64,000 bases of DNA, taken from Macrostomum lignano. Its lineage: Eukaryota. A model generated the notes under the pieces. The model was not told the DNA's origin. It was given only the letters and a program-made list of their open reading frames with translations, and searched no databases. Of the stretch, positions 60,901 to 64,000 are shown piece by piece. Position 1 is the stretch's first letter. The number at the start of each line of letters is the position of its first letter. The DNA lies in NCBI GenBank assembly GCA_002269645.1, contig NIVC01003375.1, positions 37,132-101,131 of the forward strand. Direction: 5' to 3'. Position numbers and translations under genes: made by a program.

Positions 60901-63519
60901 ATCTGTTGTCAGCTGGAGCCAGATCTGTTGCCAGGTGGCGCCAAATCTGATGTCTCGAAGCGCCACATGAAACAAAAATATATCAATGATCTTGAAAATG
61001 CGCTAATTCACCTACACTAGCTACTGGCCGATATGTATTGTAGTATATAAAGAGTTTGAGCATAAAAAACTGCCTCCTTAATTCCCGCGCAGCGAGCAGC
61101 AGTCGCGCGAAGAAACCCATCGGCTGGAGGAGGAGCGCGCCGCCGGCGTCAGCGCCGAGCTGCGCTGCCTGGACGCCAGCCTGGCCAAGCGGCAGGGCGA
61201 GCTGGCCGCCTGCGAGAAGCAGCTTGGCGAGGCTCGGGTAGACTTGGACACGGTGAAGCGCTTCGCGGCCGAGGCCGTGGCCAAGTCCGAGCGAGCGTCG
61301 GCCGAGTACGCCAAGCTGCTGGGCGAATGCGAGGAGTTGAGCAAGCGGTCAGCCGCCTCGGCCAGGGAGATGGCCAAGGCCAGCGAGGACCTGCAGGCCA
61401 CTAAGCGAGCCACTATGGAATTGGAGGCCGACAAGTCGGCGCTGGAGCGGACCCTGGCCGATGCGGAGACGCTGCTCAAGGCTAAGGATGAGCAGTTTCA
61501 AGAGGCCGAACGGCGCATTCAACAGGCAGAGGCAACGTAGGTTTCTCGCCATAATAACTAGTTCTAGTTACATAGAAATCAACCCTACACCTTGAGAATC
61601 AACCCTACACCTTGAGAATCAACCCTACATCTTGAGAATCAACCCTACACCTTGAGTATCAACCCTACATCTTGAGTATCAACCCTACACCTTGAGAATC
61701 AACCCTAAACCTTGAGAATCAACCCTAAACCTTGAGAATCAACCCTAAACCTTGAGAATCAACCCTAAACCTTGAGTATCAACCCTAAACCTTGAGAATC
61801 AACCCTACATCTTGAGTATCAACCCTACACCTTGAGAATCAACCCTACACCTTGAAAATCGACCATAGGCCTTGAAAATCGACCCTACACCTTGAGTATC
61901 AACCCTACATCTTGAGAATCAACCCTACACCTTGAGTATCAACCCTACACCTTGAGTATCAACCCTACACCTTGAGAATTAACCCTAAACCTTGAGAATC
62001 AACCCTACATCTTGAGTATCAACCCTACACCTTGAGAATCAACCCTAAACCTTGAGAATCAACCCTACATCTTGAGTATCAACCCTACACCTTGAAAATC
62101 GACCATAGGCCTTGAAAATCGACCATAGGCCTTGAAAATCGACCATAGGCCTTGATAATCAACCCTACACCTTTAGAATCAACCCTACACCTTGAGAATC
62201 AACCATAGGCCTTGAGAATCAACCCTACACCTTGAGAATCAACCCTACACCTTGAGAATCAACCATAGGCCTTGAGAATCAACCCTACACCTTGAGAATC
62301 AACCATACACCTTGAGAATCAACCATAGGCCTTGAGAATCAACCCTACACCTTGAGAATCAACCATAGGCCTTGAGAATCAACCATAGGCCTTGAGAATC
62401 AACCCTACACCTTGAGAATCAACCATAGGCCTTGAGAATCAACCCTACACCTTGAGAATCAACCATAGGCCTTGAGAATCAACCATACACCTTGAGAATC
62501 AACCATAGGCCTTGAGAATCAACCCTACACCTTGAGAATCAACCATAGGCCTTGAGAATCAACCATAGGCCTTGAGAATCAACCCTACACCTTGAGAATC
62601 AACCATAGGCCTTGAGAATCAACCCTACACCTTGAGAATCAACCATAGGCCTTGAGAATCAACCATAGGCCTTGAGAATCAACCCTACACCTTGAGAATC
62701 AACCATAGGCCTTGAGAATCAACCCTACACCTTGAGAATCAACCATAGGCCTTGAGAATCAACCCTACACCTTGAGAATCAACCATAGGCCTTGAGAATC
62801 AACCCTACTCCTTGAGAATCAACCCTAGGCCTTGAGAATCAACTCTACATCAACCCTACGACCCTACATCGATATTATAATTAAGCTTTAAACTGGTTGC
62901 CACTGCAGCTATCAGGAGCTGCAGCGCCATCTGGCCAGCAACTCCTATGACGATCAGCGTCTACTTTGCCGGTTGACGAAGCTAGTGGACAACTGAAGGT
63001 CAAGCGAGACGAAATGGCCTCCATCAATGCTAAAGTGAGATTTTTTGTCTAGCCGTTAGACTCGCTGAGTATGCAATGAAACCATTTTGTTAGGGTCACG
63101 GAGTCTGCAATAGAATCAGGTCACTGGGGTCTTGGGGTGTTTAGTGGAATCAGGTCACTGGGTCACCGAGTGTGTAGTGGAATCAGGTCACTGGGGTCAC
63201 CGAGTCACCGAGAAATCTCCCCATCATTCACCTGGCAGCTGGAGGCCAAGCGCAAGGAGCTGGCACAGCTGGAGCAGCTGACCGGCCAGCAGCGCGAGCA
63301 GCTCCGCCAGGCGACGCGGGACTCCCAGCTGACCCGCGAGCAGCTCGAAGGCGAAACCGCCAGGGCCACCCGCGACCTCGCCGAGTTGGAGACTCGAACT
63401 CGCGACCAAACTAGCGGCTGGCCGCGCTGCGCGAGGAGACGGCCCAGGCGGCGAGGGCGGCTAAGGCGGAGGAGGTGCGGCGGGACGCTGCGAGATCCCA
63501 GCTGGAGAAGGACAAAGAG
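47716..63519 (+). CDS. CNTRL: Centriolin (CEP110) orthologue, LRR + coiled coil; disrupted in this sequence; continues past the window end
   Basis: Exons 47716-47818 (tentative), 48378-48556, 49346-49618, 49942-50322, 51061-51192, 51966-52498, 53195-53432, 54306-54713, 56362-56571, 57560-58366, 58816-59304, 60123-60535, 61093-61536, 62909-63034, 63239-63519. Centriolin-like motifs GVRYITDAL, FIENLD..LNLSYNII, LGRRLKCLR, KHYELEQELVFYKMDEKF, ESPYVGK, FCNVPEHHDLED, LRCLDASLAKR. In-frame TAG at 52290-92; -1 frameshifts at ~62970 and ~63413. Confidence 0.88.
48610..49310 (+). repeat. 20-bp minisatellite (GTAGGCATGCAGATAGATAG)
   Basis: Direct reading; centriolin intron. Confidence 0.93.
50343..50725 (+). 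repeat. 31-bp minisatellite (GGACCCGAGGATAGCAGCGGCCCGCACTGTA)
   Basis: Direct reading; centriolin intron. Confidence 0.93.
51197..51895 (+). repeat. 20-bp minisatellite (CTGATGTGGCATTGCTGTGC)
   Basis: Direct reading; begins within the donor GTGAGTGCCTGGTGTGGC. Confidence 0.95.
52520..52960 (+). repeat. GATT/GGTT-based composite minisatellite (~35-47-bp units)
   Basis: Direct reading. Confidence 0.88.
53718..54008 (+). repeat. 15-bp minisatellite (ACTCCCATCTCACCC)
   Basis: Direct reading. Confidence 0.92.
54730..55450 (+). repeat. AGAC-derived micro/minisatellite
   Basis: Direct reading; develops into ~30-bp CACTAAGACATCCTGACAGGCAGACAGACAGA-type units. Confidence 0.92.
59312..59500 (+). 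repeat. 54-bp tandem repeat, ~3.5 copies
   Basis: CGATATGTAGCG at 59315, 59369, 59423, 59477. Confidence 0.9.
60625..60950 (+). repeat. 22-bp minisatellite (CTGGAGCCAGATCTGTTGTCAG)
   Basis: Direct reading. Confidence 0.92.
61576..62830 (+). repeat. 20-bp minisatellite (AACCCTACACCTTGAGAATC / AACCATAGGCCTTGAGAATC), ~62 copies
   Basis: Direct reading; two main unit types interspersed. Confidence 0.96.
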
Positions 63520-63609
63520 GTTCGTGGCTGACTGCGTGTCTACGATCTGATAGTAGCTGAGGATCTGATAGGCTGGCGACCCTCCCATATTTTCAGTTCC
63601 TAGGCCAGC

Positions 63610-63990
63610 CTCGCTTCCTCAGTTGCTGGGCCAGCCTATCAGATCCTCAGTTGCTGGGCCAGCCTATCAGATCCTCAGTTTCTGGGCCAGCCTCCCAGAG
63701 TGTCAGTTGCTGGGGCAGCCTCCCAGAGTGTCAGTTGCTGGGGCAGCCTCCCAGATCCTCAGTTGCTGGGCCAACCTCCCAGATCCTCAGTTGCTGGGCC
63801 AACCTCCCAGATCCTCAGTTGCTGGGCCAGCCTCCAGATCCTCAGTTGCTGGGCCAGCCTCCCAGAGTGTCAGTTGCTGGGCCAGCCTCCCAGAGTGTCA
63901 GTTGCTGGGCCAGCCTCCCAGAGTGTCAGTTGCCGGGCCAGCCTCCCAAATCCTCAGTGGCTGAGCCAGCCTCCCAAGAATCGCAGATCC
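63610..63990 (+). repeat. 28-bp minisatellite (CAGTTGCTGGGCCAGCCTCCCAGA[TCCT/GTGT])
   Basis: Direct reading. Confidence 0.92.
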
Positions 63991-64000
63991 TCAGCTTGTA

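Noticed and set aside
61576-62100. Telomere-like AACCCTA in the 20-bp repeat (and TAGGTT in 3788-4735)
   Set aside because: At most one hexamer per unit and no (TTAGGG)n run; not an interstitial telomere.

Overview
Eukaryotic (animal) genomic DNA. GC-rich exons, introns full of minisatellites and AT-rich TE-laden spacers fit a Macrostomum-type flatworm; this is inference from genome style, not a database match. By tracing GT-AG junctions and exon phases I reconstruct six protein-coding genes: (1) + secreted protein, signal peptide + 2x discoidin/FA58C + F-type-lectin-like domain (1094-8757, 8 exons, one -1 frameshift); (2) - two-exon gene for a ~1125-aa ankyrin-repeat + cGAS-like/Mab-21 nucleotidyltransferase (cGLR) with a long C-terminal extension (9635-13380), the most interesting item; (3) - MOB2-like kinase activator (15410-16166); (4) + FUBP/KHSRP/Psi-like 4xKH protein (20393-31203); (5) - intronless divergent TRPV-like channel nested antisense in intron 2 of gene 4 (25638-27551); (6) + centriolin orthologue (47716 to beyond the window end) with one in-frame TAG and two -1 frameshifts. 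Mobile DNA: Gypsy gag relic, PHD-FLYWCH-MULE relic, several hAT- and Mutator-type MITEs with intact TSDs, a 3.4-kb foldback-like element built on a 176-bp tandem array, a 5'-truncated LINE, a near-intact D,D34D mariner, and a four-level nested insertion. Most long ORFs in the supplied track are translations of tandem repeats. No rRNA, tRNA or CRISPR array was recognised.
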